Of a DNA stretch of 34,750 nucleotides, positions 34,298 to 34,750 are shown piece after piece. The notes beneath the pieces are model-generated. The model did no database searches, was not told where the DNA came from, and was given only the letters and a program-made list of their open reading frames with translations. A program made the translations under genes and the position numbers. How positions within the stretch are numbered: position 1 is the stretch's first letter; every line of letters begins with the position of its first letter. The stretch is taken from IMG/VR virus record IMGVR_UViG_3300038530_002024, positions 1-34,750 of that record. One strand, given 5' to 3'. This DNA is from a virus. Lineage: Duplodnaviria > Caudoviricetes.

Positions 34298-34750
34298 ATG
34301 CAACTCTTAACCATAATTTTATGGTAGTATTAGGAGAGTTTGTATCCTTTACAGTATCACCACTAAATTGATTAGTAAATTGTGATGAATATTGTGATGT
34401 ATACTGAGGACCAGGAGTAGCTCTAGCAAATTGTCCTGCAGTATATTGTGGCCCAGTTGTTAGTCTAGCAAAGCTTACACTATATTTAGGACCAACAGTT
34501 AACCTTGCAAACTGTCCTGCTGTATAATTAGGACCTACTGTTAATCTTGAGAATTGACTCGAATAGTTTGGACCTGATCTATCTCTAGTATATTGCCCGT
34601 CAGTATATCCAGGACCAGGGGTTGTTCTAGCATATTGGCCAGCAAACTGTCTAGTAAATTGACGTCCATATTGAGCAGAGAATATTCTAGTAAACTGTCT
34701 TGTATACTGACCAGTAAACTGTCTTGTAAATTGTCTGCCATATTGTGCTG
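34296..34750 (-). CDS. Partial ORF (C-terminus): tetrapeptide-repeat, probable fibre protein
   Basis: Not in the ORF track. Frame is open from the window edge to TGA at 34296: AQYGRQFTRQFTGQYTRQFTRIFSAQYGRQFTRQFAGQYARTTPGPGY...GPQYTSQYSSQFTNQFSGDTVKDTNSPNTTIKLWLRVA. Confidence 0.85.
   Translation of the reverse strand, partial: AQYGRQFTRQFTGQYTRQFTRIFSAQYGRQFTRQFAGQYARTTPGPGYTDGQYTRDRSGPNYSSQFSRLTVGPNYTAGQFARLTVGPKYSVSFARLTTGPQYTAGQFARATPGPQYTSQYSSQFTNQFSGDTVKDTNSPNTTIKLWLRVA

Noticed and set aside
34541-34741. 66-aa ORF MADNLQDSLL...
   Set aside because: Alternative frame of the repeat gene ending at 34296; its periodicity is a by-product of the real repeats.
26220-34750. Repeats considered as a CRISPR array or as DGR template/variable repeats
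   Set aside because: The repeats are in-frame coding repeats with synonymous divergence. There are no constant repeat-spacer units, no adenine-specific mismatch pattern was noticed, and no reverse transcriptase or cas gene is in the window.
1-34750. Stop-codon recoding or tRNA genes
   Set aside because: Core genes are full length in the standard code and use TAA, TGA and TAG as stops; intergenic gaps are short and show no cloverleaf.

Overview
AT-rich window from a T4-like myovirus genome with the gene order of marine T4-like phages (gp13-gp23, then gp3-uvsY-uvsW-gp55-gp47-gp46, with no gp24 here). Nearly all genes are on the minus strand. In transcription order (right to left) the window holds: (1) the C-terminus of a tetrapeptide-repeat protein, a hypothetical gene, a GT-A glycosyltransferase and a cupin/oxygenase-like protein; (2) a cluster of modular fibre/virion proteins in the position where T4 has wac; (3) neck, tail, terminase, portal and head genes gp13-gp23; (4) one plus-strand winged-HTH gene behind a near-consensus sigma70 promoter with a palindromic operator; (5) gp3, uvsY, a truncated nucleotide-sugar dehydrogenase, a cytidylyltransferase, uvsW, gp55, gp47, gp46 and peptide deformylase; (6) a 7-deazaguanine cluster (flavodoxin, queE, 2OG-Fe(II) oxygenase, phosphoribosyltransferase, queD, folE) running off the left edge. 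Two signals stand out. The first is a strong excess of N-X-S/T sequons in surface-exposed virion proteins next to a glycosyltransferase, suggesting phage-encoded virion glycosylation. The second is a deazaguanine pathway with unusual accessory enzymes. Functional calls come from motif recognition by eye and counts are manual; no database searches were run.
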